64,000 nt of DNA from a bacterium. Its GTDB lineage: Bacteria; Hydrothermota; DG-26; JAUXAN01. Made by a program: the position numbers and the translations under genes. This document shows, piece by piece, positions 20,412 to 31,105 of the stretch. A model generated the notes under the pieces. It saw only the letters and a program-made list of their open reading frames with translations, did no database searches and had not been told where the DNA came from. Position 1 is the first letter of the stretch. Every line of letters begins with the position of its first letter. The DNA lies in contig JAUXAN010000003.1 in assembly GCA_030619885.1 (NCBI GenBank), positions 21,958 to 85,957 on the forward strand. The letters are read 5' to 3'.

Positions 20412-23400
20412 ATAGCCTCAGTCTGGTCTTTCTGGTATTTTTTACTTCCACTCCTGCTGAGTTGGTGGCAGCGAATAGAACAGGATTTACACTTGAAGTA
20501 TCTATCCCTGAAATATCCGAGAGTGAGAAAAATATTGAAGGAAAGTTTTTTAGTTCATTATCCTTTGATGGGTGTAGTTATACATCACAGATAGGAAAAC
20601 CTAAAATTCCTGTCGTGACAAAACTCGTGGAACTCCCTTATGATGCAGAAATCAATACTATAATTAAAAATTTTACAGTGAAAGAATGTGGAGTAAAGTA
20701 TCCTGTTTTACCTGTTCAACCTCCTGTTCCGAAAATTAGAGGGGCAAGGGTCGAATTCAGAATCGATGAAGAATTTTATTCAAAGGACACTTATTATCCA
20801 GAAGAGATTGTAAAGGTAGTTGAGATAGGGATAATCCGTGGGCATAGAATAGGGTTACTTGAAATCTCTCCTGTAAGATATAATCCTTTAAAAGGAAAAT
20901 TCGAGTTCTATCAAAGAATGCGTATAGAAGTCGAATATAAGAATTCAGACTTCACAAAGACTGTACAGAATATAAACAAATATTATTCGCCACCATTTGA
21001 GAGGAGTTTAAGAAGGGTTCTGTTCAATTACGGGGTTTTTGAAAAGGGACTGAAATTGCAAACCATTGGTTATCTCATAATTACTGCTGATGATTATTTC
21101 ATATATTTGGACTCGTTCATAGAATGGAAAGAAGCGGTTGGCTACGATGTCAGAGTGGCGATGACATCCGAAATCGGTTCAGATACCACATCTATAACGA
21201 ATTATATAAAGGAGACCTATAATAATTGGCCAACTCCACCTACCTTTGTCCTTCTTGTAGGGGATGTGGACGATATACCATGTTACCAAAGGGGTAGCAT
21301 AGCAACCGACCTATACTTTGTCACAGTTGATGGAGATGACTATCTGCCAGACATTGGTATAGGAAGATTCGCAGTGAAGGGTAATGCTCAATTGAATAGG
21401 ATTATCGAAAAGACAATAACTTATGAAAAAAGTTTTATAGAAAAACTGTATTTCATTGCATCTGATGCTTCAGACGGACACACGATAGCGGAAGGAACCC
21501 ATAACTACTGTATAGGATTAGCAAGGGAATATGGGATGGTCTGCGATTCACTCTTTTTATGGGACGATTATGGCGGAACACCCATTCCGGATGCCGTAAA
21601 TGATGGAAGATCGATGGTGATATATTCAGGACATGGTGGTGTAAATAGTTGGGTAGATCCATCATTTGATCAATCAGATATACGAGAACTTTACAATCTC
21701 AGATACCCTGTGGTATTCAGTTTTGCATGTCATACAGGCAAGTTTACTTATGCAGAGTGTTTTGGTGAAACATGGATTAGAGAGGCAGATAGAGGTGCGG
21801 TCGCATTCTGGGGGTCTTCCACTACTTCTTATTGGGATGAGGATGATATCTTGCAGAGGGGGATGTTCGATGCGATATTTCCCGATAAGAAATGGGGAGT
21901 CTTTGAAGCTTTCAATGAGGGGAGACTGCGACTTCTTAAGGAGAGTGGTATTGATACAGATTATGTGCAAGACTATTTTGAACAGTATAATCTGCTTGGA
22001 GACCCGTCACTTTCTTTTGTAATTGATAAGATAGTTTTAGAAAACTATTGGCTCGATGATGATGCTATCGGTATGAGTCATGGGAATGGGGATGGTAATC
22101 TCAATCCTTTAGAAACTGTTGAACTGGAAATAACTCTAAAAAATTACAGCACAAATCCAAAGGATGACGTTATCGGAATTTTGCACACAGATGACCCGTA
22201 TGTTACAATATCCGATTCGATAATGAACTTTGGTTATATTGACTCCTTTGCATCGGTGGATTGTGATATGCCTTTTGTCTTTACTGTAGGTGATATACCA
22301 GATAACAACATAAAGCTTGGATTTGAACTCGTGGTTAAAGATGCGAATGACTCTGTGTGGGTATCGAGATTTAATATCGTTTGTGGGTTCCCTGAAGTTA
22401 TCTATTACAGTTGTTCTGTTGACAGTTTTATAAACCCTGGTGATACGGTCGATTTAAAGATATTGTTTAAAAATGTAGGACCATTCATTGCCAAAGATGT
22501 TTCTGCAGTGCTCGGGACTGGTGATGAAAACATCACTGTTATGGACTCTATTCAGTTCTACGGAAGTATCGAACCAAACAGTGTATCTTCTACAGTCATT
22601 GGCAATTATAAAATAGCAGTAGGAGATCAAATCGTACCAGGAACCAAAGTTCGATTTTTTCTCGATGTATACCTGAAGGGGAATTTTCACAATACTGAGA
22701 GTTTCAAACTTCTAATCGGGAGGGGTGGTGACTTTTTAGTGTGGGACCCTGACTCTAATCATTCGAGCGGTCCAATTATAAAAGAGATTTTGGATGCGAA
22801 CGGTTATTATGGTTTCTATACGGACAGTCTTGGGGGATACTACGATGTCCTCCCGTATTTCAAGAGCATATTCGTATGTCTTGGTGTATACAATCAAAAC
22901 TATGTGATAGATGCCACAAGTGCTGATGCAGAATCACTGATAAGTTATATAGTGAACCATAACGGGAACCTGTATATCGAGGGTGGTGATGTATGGTTTT
23001 ATGACCCAAGGGAGAAAGGGTTCGACTTTTGCCCGTTTTTTCATATTAACCCAATCAGTGACGGACCTGTATCTGGAAATTTGTATGCAGTAACTGGAGA
23101 GAATGGAACTTTTACCAATGGTATGGAATTCAATTATGTAGGCGAGGATTCATCTATAGATATAATAGAATCTATAGATAATGCATTCGAAATTTTTTCA
23201 AACCAAAACGACTCATGTATAGGCGTTGCTTACGACGGTAAAGATTACCGAACTATAGCACTCTCCTTTGAACTTGGCGGTTTAGTCGACAGAGATTTTA
23301 CGAAGGAAGTTCTTCTCGATTCGATAATGCACTTCTTCACGAAAGAAAGACGAATACCACCAGGCCCCCCGATACTTTCCCAGAACTTTCCGAACCCATT

Positions 23401-23656
23401 CAGCTCTTCCACCACACTTTGCTACCAGATACCCTCTGCTGGCACCTATCATTCAGTACCTATTACCTTGAAGATATACAATGTAGCAGGACAACTCATC
23501 AAAACGCTCGTTGACGGACCCCAGTATCCTGGTTACTATTCAGTTACCTGGGATGGGAAGGATAACAATGGCGGAAAAGCAGCCTCAGGCGTATATTTCT
23601 TCAGATTGACAGTGGAGAACAGCTCCAGAACTACGAAGACAGTTTTGATAAGATAA
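20408..23656 (+). CDS. Secreted C25 (gingipain-like) cysteine peptidase with C-terminal FlgD-Ig/T9SS-type domain
   Basis: Signal peptide, propeptide, VLLVGD, catalytic YSGHG and FAC, NLLGDP, C-terminal QNFPNPF...WDGKD...SGVYF. Confidence 0.85.
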   Translation: MNSLSLVFLVFFTSTPAELVAANRTGFTLEVSIPEISESEKNIEGKFFSSLSFDGCSYTSQIGKPKIPVVTKLVELPYDAEINTIIKNFTVKECGVKYPVLPVQPPVPKIRGARVEFRIDEEFYSKDTYYPEEIVKVVEIGIIRGHRIGLLEISPVRYNPLKGKFEFYQRMRIEVEYKNSDFTKTVQNINKYYSPPFERSLRRVLFNYGVFEKGLKLQTIGYLIITADDYFIYLDSFIEWKEAVGYDVRVAMTSEIGSDTTSITNYIKETYNNWPTPPTFVLLVGDVDDIPCYQRGSIATDLYFVTVDGDDYLPDIGIGRFAVKGNAQLNRIIEKTITYEKSFIEKLYFIASDASDGHTIAEGTHNYCIGLAREYGMVCDSLFLWDDYGGTPIPDAVNDGRSMVIYSGHGGVNSWVDPSFDQSDIRELYNLRYPVVFSFACHTGKFTYAECFGETWIREADRGAVAFWGSSTTSYWDEDDILQRGMFDAIFPDKKWGVFEAFNEGRLRLLKESGIDTDYVQDYFEQYNLLGDPSLSFVIDKIVLENYWLDDDAIGMSHGNGDGNLNPLETVELEITLKNYSTNPKDDVIGILHTDDPYVTISDSIMNFGYIDSFASVDCDMPFVFTVGDIPDNNIKLGFELVVKDANDSVWVSRFNIVCGFPEVIYYSCSVDSFINPGDTVDLKILFKNVGPFIAKDVSAVLGTGDENITVMDSIQFYGSIEPNSVSSTVIGNYKIAVGDQIVPGTKVRFFLDVYLKGNFHNTESFKLLIGRGGDFLVWDPDSNHSSGPIIKEILDANGYYGFYTDSLGGYYDVLPYFKSIFVCLGVYNQNYVIDATSADAESLISYIVNHNGNLYIEGGDVWFYDPREKGFDFCPFFHINPISDGPVSGNLYAVTGENGTFTNGMEFNYVGEDSSIDIIESIDNAFEIFSNQNDSCIGVAYDGKDYRTIALSFELGGLVDRDFTKEVLLDSIMHFFTKERRIPPGPPILSQNFPNPFSSSTTLCYQIPSAGTYHSVPITLKIYNVAGQLIKTLVDGPQYPGYYSVTWDGKDNNGGKAASGVYFFRLTVENSSRTTKTVLIR

Positions 23657-23658
23657 AT

Positions 23659-23686
23659 ATAGGGAACAGACATGTCTGTTCCCTAC
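23659..23686. repeat. REP-like palindrome (GTAG family)
   Basis: ATAGGGAACAGACATGTCTGTTCCCTAC; related copy at 27142-27169. Confidence 0.8.
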
Positions 23687-23828
23687 AGTAACTCATTGAT
23701 TCATATAGAGTCCATACGGATCCTGATGATTAGCAAAATTGTGGCTAAATTTTTGGGGGAATGTCCAGAACACTTTACTATTGACAACCAGGAAAATCAA
23801 TAATATAAACGAACATAAACCATAATGT

Positions 23829-24809
23829 ATGAGAGTAGAATTTAAAAGAACAATTTCTTTAAAAAACAGTGATGTGAGGCTGGATAAATACCTTGTCTCT
23901 GCAGGAGTCGGACTTTCGAGGTCTCAAATCCAGAAGTTAATAGAGGAAGGGAAAGTTGTAGTTGGTAATAAGAGAGTGAAACCCCATTATCACCTCCATG
24001 GAGGTGATGAGGTCTATGCTGTCTTTGAAAAACAAGAGCGTCCACAGATTGAACCCGAGGATATACCACTCAACATAATCTATGAAGACGATGAGATAAT
24101 AGTTGTGGATAAACCTCCAGGGCTCGTCGTCCATCCTGCGAGAGGAAATTTGACTCATACTTTGATAAATGGGCTCCTGTTCCACTGCAAGACCCTTGCC
24201 AAATCAGATGATAAGGTGAGACCCGGGGTGATTCACCGTCTCGATAAGAATACATCAGGACTTCTCGTATTTGCAAAAACAGATGAGGCACTCCGTGGAC
24301 TGGCTTCGCAGATAGCAAAGAGGGAGATGAACCGTGAATATAGGGCATTCTGCTGGGGCAGATTTCCACAGAGTAGTGGAGCGATAGAAGCGCCTCTTGG
24401 TAGACATCAAATAGATAGGAAAGTAATGACTGTTACACCCTTTTCTTGCAAGACCGCAGTGACAAAATTTGAGGTGATAGAAAAGTTCAAATTCATAACC
24501 TTTCTCAAACTGAAACTATTAACAGGAAGGACACATCAAATAAGAGTCCATCTTTCATATTTTGGTTATCCTGTAGTCGGTGACCCGACTTATGGTGGGA
24601 GGAAAAAGACTATACTGCTCAGTATAGGAAAAATCTATGCGGAGAAGATGGATGAAGTATTACAGATAATGAATCGACAGGCACTCCATGCGTATTCACT
24701 CGGATTTGAGCATCCGATAAAGGAAAAATACATGGAATTTGAATCGCCATTGCCAGAGGATATGGAAAGATTACATAACTATTTGAGAACAGGAGGGGGA
24801 GATGTTTAA
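23829..24809 (+). CDS. rluD: RluA/RluD-family pseudouridine synthase
   Basis: S4 domain, HRLDKNTSG, TGRTHQIR. Confidence 0.92.
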   Translation: MRVEFKRTISLKNSDVRLDKYLVSAGVGLSRSQIQKLIEEGKVVVGNKRVKPHYHLHGGDEVYAVFEKQERPQIEPEDIPLNIIYEDDEIIVVDKPPGLVVHPARGNLTHTLINGLLFHCKTLAKSDDKVRPGVIHRLDKNTSGLLVFAKTDEALRGLASQIAKREMNREYRAFCWGRFPQSSGAIEAPLGRHQIDRKVMTVTPFSCKTAVTKFEVIEKFKFITFLKLKLLTGRTHQIRVHLSYFGYPVVGDPTYGGRKKTILLSIGKIYAEKMDEVLQIMNRQALHAYSLGFEHPIKEKYMEFESPLPEDMERLHNYLRTGGGDV

Positions 24810-25461
24810 AATTGTGCCTTCATTACTTTCAGCAGATTTTTCAAAATTGAAAGAGGAACTGGCACTTGTGGAAGAGGCAGAGTGTGAAATCATGCACCTG
24901 GATGTGATGGATGGACATTTTGTGAAAAATATTACCTTTGGTCCGATTATAGTAGAGGCTATTCGAAAATTGACAGATTTGACATTGGATGTTCACCTCA
25001 TGATTGAGAACCCTGAGTTTTATATTGAAAAATTTGCAGAAAGTGGTTCAGACTGGATTACTTTTCATATAGAGACGGTGAGTGAAGTAGGCCAGATTAT
25101 AAACAAGATTAAAAAGTATAAGAAAAAAGCGGGTATATCTTTAAACCCGTCAACACCAATTGAAAATGTAGAACCTTATCTATCCGATCTGGACCTTGTA
25201 TTGGTGATGAGTGTCAACCCTGGTTTTGGGGGTCAGTCATTCATCCCAGAAGTCATACAGAAGATAAAAGCTTTGCGGGGATTCATACATGGAAACAGTC
25301 CAAAAATTGAGGTGGATGGGGGGATAAATAAGGAGAATATAAAGGATGTAGTGAACGCAGGTGCGGAACTATTAGTATGTGGCTCTGCTATTTTCAAAGC
25401 CGACGACCCGAAAGCCATGATAAACCAGTTGAACAAGCGGGTTAATAGTTCAAAAGTATAA
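24802..25461 (+). CDS. rpe: Ribulose-phosphate 3-epimerase
   Basis: HLDVMDGHFV, DVHLM, MSVNPGFGGQ, VDGG. Confidence 0.96.
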   Translation: MFKIVPSLLSADFSKLKEELALVEEAECEIMHLDVMDGHFVKNITFGPIIVEAIRKLTDLTLDVHLMIENPEFYIEKFAESGSDWITFHIETVSEVGQIINKIKKYKKKAGISLNPSTPIENVEPYLSDLDLVLVMSVNPGFGGQSFIPEVIQKIKALRGFIHGNSPKIEVDGGINKENIKDVVNAGAELLVCGSAIFKADDPKAMINQLNKRVNSSKV

Positions 25462-25634
25462 AAAATTTCTCATCAACTGGCTCAAAATCTACGAAATCTA
25501 TACCACCACTCACAACTGTGCTGTTCTTTTTTCATTAAAAATTTGTAGGAAGATTGCTCACAGAACTGTAGATTAGTCTCTGTGGTTAATTTTTTATTGA
25601 CAAAGAATCTCGAATATTTAGAATACGATTGATT

Positions 25635-26561
25635 ATGGGCTATGATTTGACCATCATCGGGGGAGGAGCAGCAGGTTTAACAGCAGGCATTTATGCATCA
25701 AGGGGAGGGCTCAAAACCCTCCTGGTCGAAAAACTTCCATTGATAGGCGGACTTGCAAGAACAACAGATAGAATAGAAAATTATCCTGGTTTTCCTTCCG
25801 CTATCACAGGTACAGAATTGATGGAAAATATGAAACAACAGGCGCAAGGTTTTGGAGTCCAAATCCTTACAAAAGAGATAGTCTCAATAGATTTTAAATC
25901 CGAAATCAAATCCATCTCTACAAAGGATGAAGAATTCAAAGCAACTTCCATAATAATCGCTACGGGAACCCAGCCTGTAAAATTGGGAATTCCAGGAGAA
26001 GAAAAATTCATGGGAAGAGGTGTTTCATATTGTGCTACCTGTGATGGGCCGCTCTTTAAAAACAAAAATATTGTCATTGTAGGCTGTGGTAACTCGGGAT
26101 TGCAGGAAGGACTCTTTTTGCTCAAATTCGTTAATCATATAACATATATTGAATTCCTCCCATATATGACCGGTGAGAAGATTCTGCAGGATAGAATAAA
26201 AGATAAAAAAAGAACGACTTTTTATTCAAATACTATCTTAACAGAGATAAAAGGGGGCGATAAGGTAGAGGCGGTAACTGTAAAAAATAGAGGGAATAAT
26301 GAATTGAAAGAGATACCCGCAGATGGCGTATTTATCTATGCAGGTTCGAAACCGAACACACTCTTTTTAAATGGTGCGGTAGAACTCGACAAAGCTGGTT
26401 ATATAATTACTAATGAAAGAATGGAAACATCCGTTTCAGGAATCTATGCGGCCGGAGATGTTAGAAAGAAAGATTTACGTCAAGTAGCCACTGCAGTAAG
26501 TGACGGGGCAACCGCCGCTTTTATGGCGATTGAATACATTGAAAGAAAGGAGAGTTTATGA
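25635..26561 (+). CDS. trxB: Thioredoxin-disulfide reductase
   Basis: GGGAAG, CATCDG, AAGDVR. Confidence 0.92.
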   Translation: MGYDLTIIGGGAAGLTAGIYASRGGLKTLLVEKLPLIGGLARTTDRIENYPGFPSAITGTELMENMKQQAQGFGVQILTKEIVSIDFKSEIKSISTKDEEFKATSIIIATGTQPVKLGIPGEEKFMGRGVSYCATCDGPLFKNKNIVIVGCGNSGLQEGLFLLKFVNHITYIEFLPYMTGEKILQDRIKDKKRTTFYSNTILTEIKGGDKVEAVTVKNRGNNELKEIPADGVFIYAGSKPNTLFLNGAVELDKAGYIITNERMETSVSGIYAAGDVRKKDLRQVATAVSDGATAAFMAIEYIERKESL

Positions 26562-27052
26562 AGAAAATATTGGTTTTCGCCTTAATTTTAATAATATTTA
26601 CAGGATTTGGATGCTCGGATAAGGAGAGTACATCGTCAAGAAAGACACCGATTGATTTCACTTTACCAGATTTGGATGGAAATGATGTAAAACTGAGTTC
26701 ACTCAAAGGTAATGTCGTTCTCGTTGATTTCTGGGCAACATGGTGTCCACCCTGTAAAGCAGAAATTCCGCATTTGATTACATTATATGAGACATACAAA
26801 GGAAAGGGGCTCGTCGTTTTGGGAGTAGGACTGGATGATGAACAAAAATTGAAAGATTTCGCAGAAGAATATAGCATCACCTATCCAATTCTCATAGGCA
26901 CAAAAGACCTCTCGCAAAAGTATGGAATAATCGGTATACCTACCACCTACCTTATAGATAAAAAAGGAAAAATCGGTTTTAAACACATCGGATTTCGTGA
27001 GGGGCTTGAGAAGGAGATGGAAAGGGAGATAAACATACTCCTTGAAGAATGA
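26558..27052 (+). CDS. TlpA/ResA-family thiol-disulfide lipoprotein
   Basis: Lipobox FGC, DFWATWCPPC, GIP. Confidence 0.9.
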   Translation: MKKILVFALILIIFTGFGCSDKESTSSRKTPIDFTLPDLDGNDVKLSSLKGNVVLVDFWATWCPPCKAEIPHLITLYETYKGKGLVVLGVGLDDEQKLKDFAEEYSITYPILIGTKDLSQKYGIIGIPTTYLIDKKGKIGFKHIGFREGLEKEMEREINILLEE

Positions 27053-28374
27053 GAGACCTGCGCGACGATGCATTAAAAATTTTTAATTACTCTCTGAAAG
27101 CAGCCAATGCTGGACATGCGGTCGATCGCCATTTGAAAATTGTAGGGAACAGGCATGCCTGTTCCCTACTTGTCGCAGACGACTGTGAATACGAGCTTAA
27201 AAACTATGAGAATATCTATGTGGTTGGGGCAGGAAAGTGTAGCGGTGCCATGGGGGCTAAACTTGAGCAGATACTGGGGAAAAGAATCACCCGTGGTCTA
27301 CTCATTGTAAAATATGGACAGAAAAGGTATTTGGAACGAATAGATGTGGTTGAAGGGGCTCACCCTGTTCCTGATAGGGTATGCATCGATGCCACCAGAA
27401 AGATTGTAGAACTTCTCTCAACGACAACATCGAATGATTTAATTATATGCCTTCTATCAGGTGGTGGTAGTTCTCTCCTTACATTACCTCAAAACGGAAT
27501 AGAACTCGAGGATCTTGAAAAAGTCACTTCTCTTTTTTTAGAATGTGGTGCGACCATATCAGAAATCAATACCGTAAGAAAACATCTATCAAGGGTCAAA
27601 GGTGGGAGGCTCGCCAGAATTGCCTTTCCTTCGCAGATGGTAACCCTTATCCTTTCGGATGTAATCGGTGACCCTTTGGATGTGATTGCTTCAGGACCAA
27701 CCGCTCCCGACCCTTCCACATTTCAAGACTGTATAACTATGTTTAAAAAATACGAGATTGAAAGAAAAATACCGGAACCGATTTTAAGGTATATCAAAAC
27801 TGCACCTGAAGAAACACCTAAAGATTCTGATCCTGTATTTAAAAGGGTGAAGAATATAATAGTGGGAAATAATAGACTTGCTATCGATGCGGCAGAAAGA
27901 TGCGCATCAGAACTCGGGTACAACACCCTGATTCTATCGTCTTCAATTGAAGGTGAGGCAAGGGAGATTGCAAAGATTCATTCTTCCATCGCAAAAGAGG
28001 TTCTAAACTCAGGCGACCCTGTAAAACCACCCGCGTGTATCATCTCTGGTGGGGAAACTACAGTCACTCTGTCAGGGAAGGGCAAAGGGGGGAGGAACAC
28101 AGAATTTGCACTCGCATCAGCTCTGTGTATAGATGGGCTGGACAGAGTAGCCATACTGAGCGGTGCCACCGATGGTACGGATGGTCCTACCGATTCTGCG
28201 GGGGCAGTTGTTAATGGGAAAACTGTAAAGAGAGCGGCAAAAAAAGGTATTGATGCAAAAGCGTATTTAAAAAACAACGATTCTTACAATTTCTTTGCCC
28301 ACATCAAAGACTTGCTCAAAACAGGCAACACCGACACCAATGTTATGGACATCCAGTTAGTCTTGGTGAGATAG
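27049..28374 (+). CDS. Glycerate 2-kinase / MOFRL family
   Basis: GAGK, HPVP, LLSGGGSSL, GGETTV, GGRN, TDGTDG, TNVMD. Confidence 0.9.
   Translation: MRDLRDDALKIFNYSLKAANAGHAVDRHLKIVGNRHACSLLVADDCEYELKNYENIYVVGAGKCSGAMGAKLEQILGKRITRGLLIVKYGQKRYLERIDVVEGAHPVPDRVCIDATRKIVELLSTTTSNDLIICLLSGGGSSLLTLPQNGIELEDLEKVTSLFLECGATISEINTVRKHLSRVKGGRLARIAFPSQMVTLILSDVIGDPLDVIASGPTAPDPSTFQDCITMFKKYEIERKIPEPILRYIKTAPEETPKDSDPVFKRVKNIIVGNNRLAIDAAERCASELGYNTLILSSSIEGEAREIAKIHSSIAKEVLNSGDPVKPPACIISGGETTVTLSGKGKGGRNTEFALASALCIDGLDRVAILSGATDGTDGPTDSAGAVVNGKTVKRAAKKGIDAKAYLKNNDSYNFFAHIKDLLKTGNTDTNVMDIQLVLVR
27142..27169. repeat. Perfect 28-bp REP-like palindrome inside the glycerate kinase CDS
   Basis: GTAGGGAACAGGCATGCCTGTTCCCTAC. 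Confidence 0.85.
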
Positions 28375-28386
28375 ATAAGGAGAGCA

Positions 28387-29394
28387 TTGCCACCTCAAAA
28401 GATATTTCTTAAAGAGAGGATTAAAAGAGGGTTAAGACTATTTTTGATCATCACTATAATAACTCTCATCATAATCCTTCTTTTAACCATTAAAAAAGAG
28501 ACATGGGGTTCTTTCAAAAAGTTGAAGGCACAATATTTCTTAATAATAGGAGCTTTGTGGATGATCTATATTCTTTTCGATGGTTTGAGGTTAATGACAC
28601 TGGTAAATTCTCTTGGAGGTAGAATAAATTTAAAGGCATCGATTGATGTCATATTAGCAGGTATATTTCTTGCAGCAGTGACCCCGTTCCAGTTAGGTGG
28701 ATTTCCACTCCAACTTTATATACTTAACAAAAAATCTTTATCACTTGGTAAAGGAAGCCTTGCTCTCATATCTAGAGGTATCTTGACGGGTGTGCTACTT
28801 TCAACTATTTTCCCTTTCATAATTGTCTATTATAGAAATTATTTCACAAGGGGACCGATTAGGGTGCTCTTTGGCTACCTCTCAGTAGTATACATTATTT
28901 TCATCACTTCCTTCGTTCTCTTTCTTGTTTTCCCTGCACGTTTAAAAAGATTTTTTTCTTTTCTGAAAAAATATAGATGGCTGGGAAGATTTTATGATAA
29001 ATTCTTCTATGAAGTTTATGAAATGAGAAGTGGATTTGGAAATTTTTTTACCACCCAAAAGGCTATGCTACTTGTGGCATTTCTGTATACTATTGTTTCT
29101 ATGGGAGCATACTATCTGATGCCGTTCTTTATAATCACAGGGCTCGGAGTTGATGCTCCATTTATAAATGTTACTGTTTTACAGATAATAATACACTGTC
29201 TACTTATGTTCATTCCAACCCCAGGGGCATCGGGTGTTGCAGAAGGGGGGTTCACTTTCCTTTATAAAGGTATCTGTCCTTTAGAACTCTTGGGAATCTA
29301 CACCTTGATATGGCGATTTTTCACCTTTTATCTGGGAGCAGCGATTGGAGGTATATTCATTGTGAAACTGCTTAAAACAAAAGAAATCTTGTGA
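28387..29394 (+). CDS. Lysylphosphatidylglycerol synthase TM-domain / flippase-like protein
   Basis: TPFQLGG, PTPGASGVAE, IWRFFTFY; multiple TM helices. Confidence 0.85.
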   Translation: MPPQKIFLKERIKRGLRLFLIITIITLIIILLLTIKKETWGSFKKLKAQYFLIIGALWMIYILFDGLRLMTLVNSLGGRINLKASIDVILAGIFLAAVTPFQLGGFPLQLYILNKKSLSLGKGSLALISRGILTGVLLSTIFPFIIVYYRNYFTRGPIRVLFGYLSVVYIIFITSFVLFLVFPARLKRFFSFLKKYRWLGRFYDKFFYEVYEMRSGFGNFFTTQKAMLLVAFLYTIVSMGAYYLMPFFIITGLGVDAPFINVTVLQIIIHCLLMFIPTPGASGVAEGGFTFLYKGICPLELLGIYTLIWRFFTFYLGAAIGGIFIVKLLKTKEIL

Positions 29395-30221
29395 ATGAGA
29401 GAATATATATAAGGAAAGTCTTAAAACAGACCTCTATTCGTTTGAACAAAAAACTGGGTCAGACTTTTCTCATAGATGATGGAATAGCAGAAAAGATAGT
29501 AGAATCAGCACATATAAAAAAAGACGATGTCTGCCTGGAAATAGGCGCTGGATTTGGAGTGTTGACTCAAAAGATAGCACGAAGAGCCAAAAAGGTTATA
29601 GCGGTTGAAATAGACAGGCGGATATTTGAAATTTTAAAAAAAAGATTGAAATGCAGTCAAAATTTAACCTTGCTCAACGATGACATTTTAAAATTGGGCT
29701 TGGAAGAGATATTTCAAAAATATGGTAAAGTAAAAATAGTATCCAATCTGCCTTACAGTATCACCACGCCTGTAATTGCATACTTGATAAGGAATAGAGA
29801 ATTTATCGATGGCTGTATCCTTACAATGCAAAAAGAAGTTGCAGAAAGATTGGTGGCTCGACCTGGCACGAAGGCATACGGTGTACTCACGGTTAAAGTG
29901 AAATATTTCATAGAAACGCATCCTCTATTCTATATACCGAAGGACAGATTCCTACCTTCTCCAGAAGTAGATTCAGCTACGGTGAATTTGGAATTTTTAG
30001 ACAAACCGAGGATCAGCGTGATCTGTGAAGATCTTTTCTTTAAAGTTATAGATTTGAGTTTCCAGCAGAGGAGGAAGATGTTAAAAAACTGCATCTTTAT
30101 ATCGAAAAAAGATGCATCCCAACTACCTATTGACTTGCGTCGGAGAGGAGAAACTTTAAGTGTGGAAGAATTCGCAAAGCTGGCAAATGGTCTGACCAAA
30201 ATTGGTATCACTTCTCTGTAA
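29391..30221 (+). CDS. rsmA: 16S rRNA A1518/A1519 dimethyltransferase
   Basis: LGQTFL, LEIGAG, NLPYSI, QKEVA, PEVDS. Confidence 0.95.
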   Translation: MNERIYIRKVLKQTSIRLNKKLGQTFLIDDGIAEKIVESAHIKKDDVCLEIGAGFGVLTQKIARRAKKVIAVEIDRRIFEILKKRLKCSQNLTLLNDDILKLGLEEIFQKYGKVKIVSNLPYSITTPVIAYLIRNREFIDGCILTMQKEVAERLVARPGTKAYGVLTVKVKYFIETHPLFYIPKDRFLPSPEVDSATVNLEFLDKPRISVICEDLFFKVIDLSFQQRRKMLKNCIFISKKDASQLPIDLRRRGETLSVEEFAKLANGLTKIGITSL

Positions 30222-30250
30222 TTAAGTGAACGAGTATTGTAATCATACGC

Positions 30251-31105
30251 TTACATCTTCAAGAACTTCCTTATGGAGATTGCACTCCCGATATATCCGA
30301 GAACGCATCCAAAGATTACTATTCCTCCTACAAGTTCCTTTACAGGGAATATTATCCCATGGAATTTTATCGTCACTAGTTTATAGAGTCCGAAAAGGAC
30401 GCAGGATGCAAAAAAGCCTCCGAAGAGTCCATAGAAGAATCCTTCGAGGAGGAAGGGCCTTCTTATAAATCCGCTTTTTGCTCCAACGAGTTTCATAATT
30501 TCGATGGCATCTCCTCTTGTAATTAAAGTGAGTTTTATGGTATTTGACACAACAAAAATCGATGCGAGCCCTAATGCAATACCCAATATCAAATCCAATA
30601 TAACCCCTCCTGTAATTATCTTCTGGAGACGCTCTACGGTTTTTTCCCCATATCTGACTTCTTCTACGCCAAGCATGTTTTCAATCATGGATGAAATTTT
30701 TGCCACTGCCTCTTTTGTTTTAAATCTGTCTTCGAGTTTTATCCTGAAGGATGCAGGGAGAGGGTTCGTCTTTATAGCAGAGAGTAGTTCTGGTGTGTCC
30801 TGTAACTCTTTGCTGAATTCTTCCATCGCTTTCTCTTTCGAGATGAAAACAATTTCCTCAACGCCACCTATAGTTAAAATCTCTTTCTGTAACTTTTCTA
30901 TATTTTCTTTGTCCATGTCGTCTTTGAGGAAAGCGGTTATTTCAACCCTTGTTTTAAAAATATCTATAATCTCAAGCAGATTGACTGTTACAAGGAGGAA
31001 GAGTCCGATTATGAATAATGAAGCGGTTGTTACTCCGATTGTAAGAAAAGTAGTGGTCTTTCTTTCTTTGAATGACCTAAAGGCTTCGTTTACGGCGTAG
31101 CCCAT
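30251..31105 (-). CDS. ftsX: Cell division permease FtsX
   Basis: NPLP, NTIKL, IEIMKLVGA; follows ftsE. Confidence 0.92.
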   Translation of the reverse strand: MGYAVNEAFRSFKERKTTTFLTIGVTTASLFIIGLFLLVTVNLLEIIDIFKTRVEITAFLKDDMDKENIEKLQKEILTIGGVEEIVFISKEKAMEEFSKELQDTPELLSAIKTNPLPASFRIKLEDRFKTKEAVAKISSMIENMLGVEEVRYGEKTVERLQKIITGGVILDLILGIALGLASIFVVSNTIKLTLITRGDAIEIMKLVGAKSGFIRRPFLLEGFFYGLFGGFFASCVLFGLYKLVTIKFHGIIFPVKELVGGIVIFGCVLGYIGSAISIRKFLKM

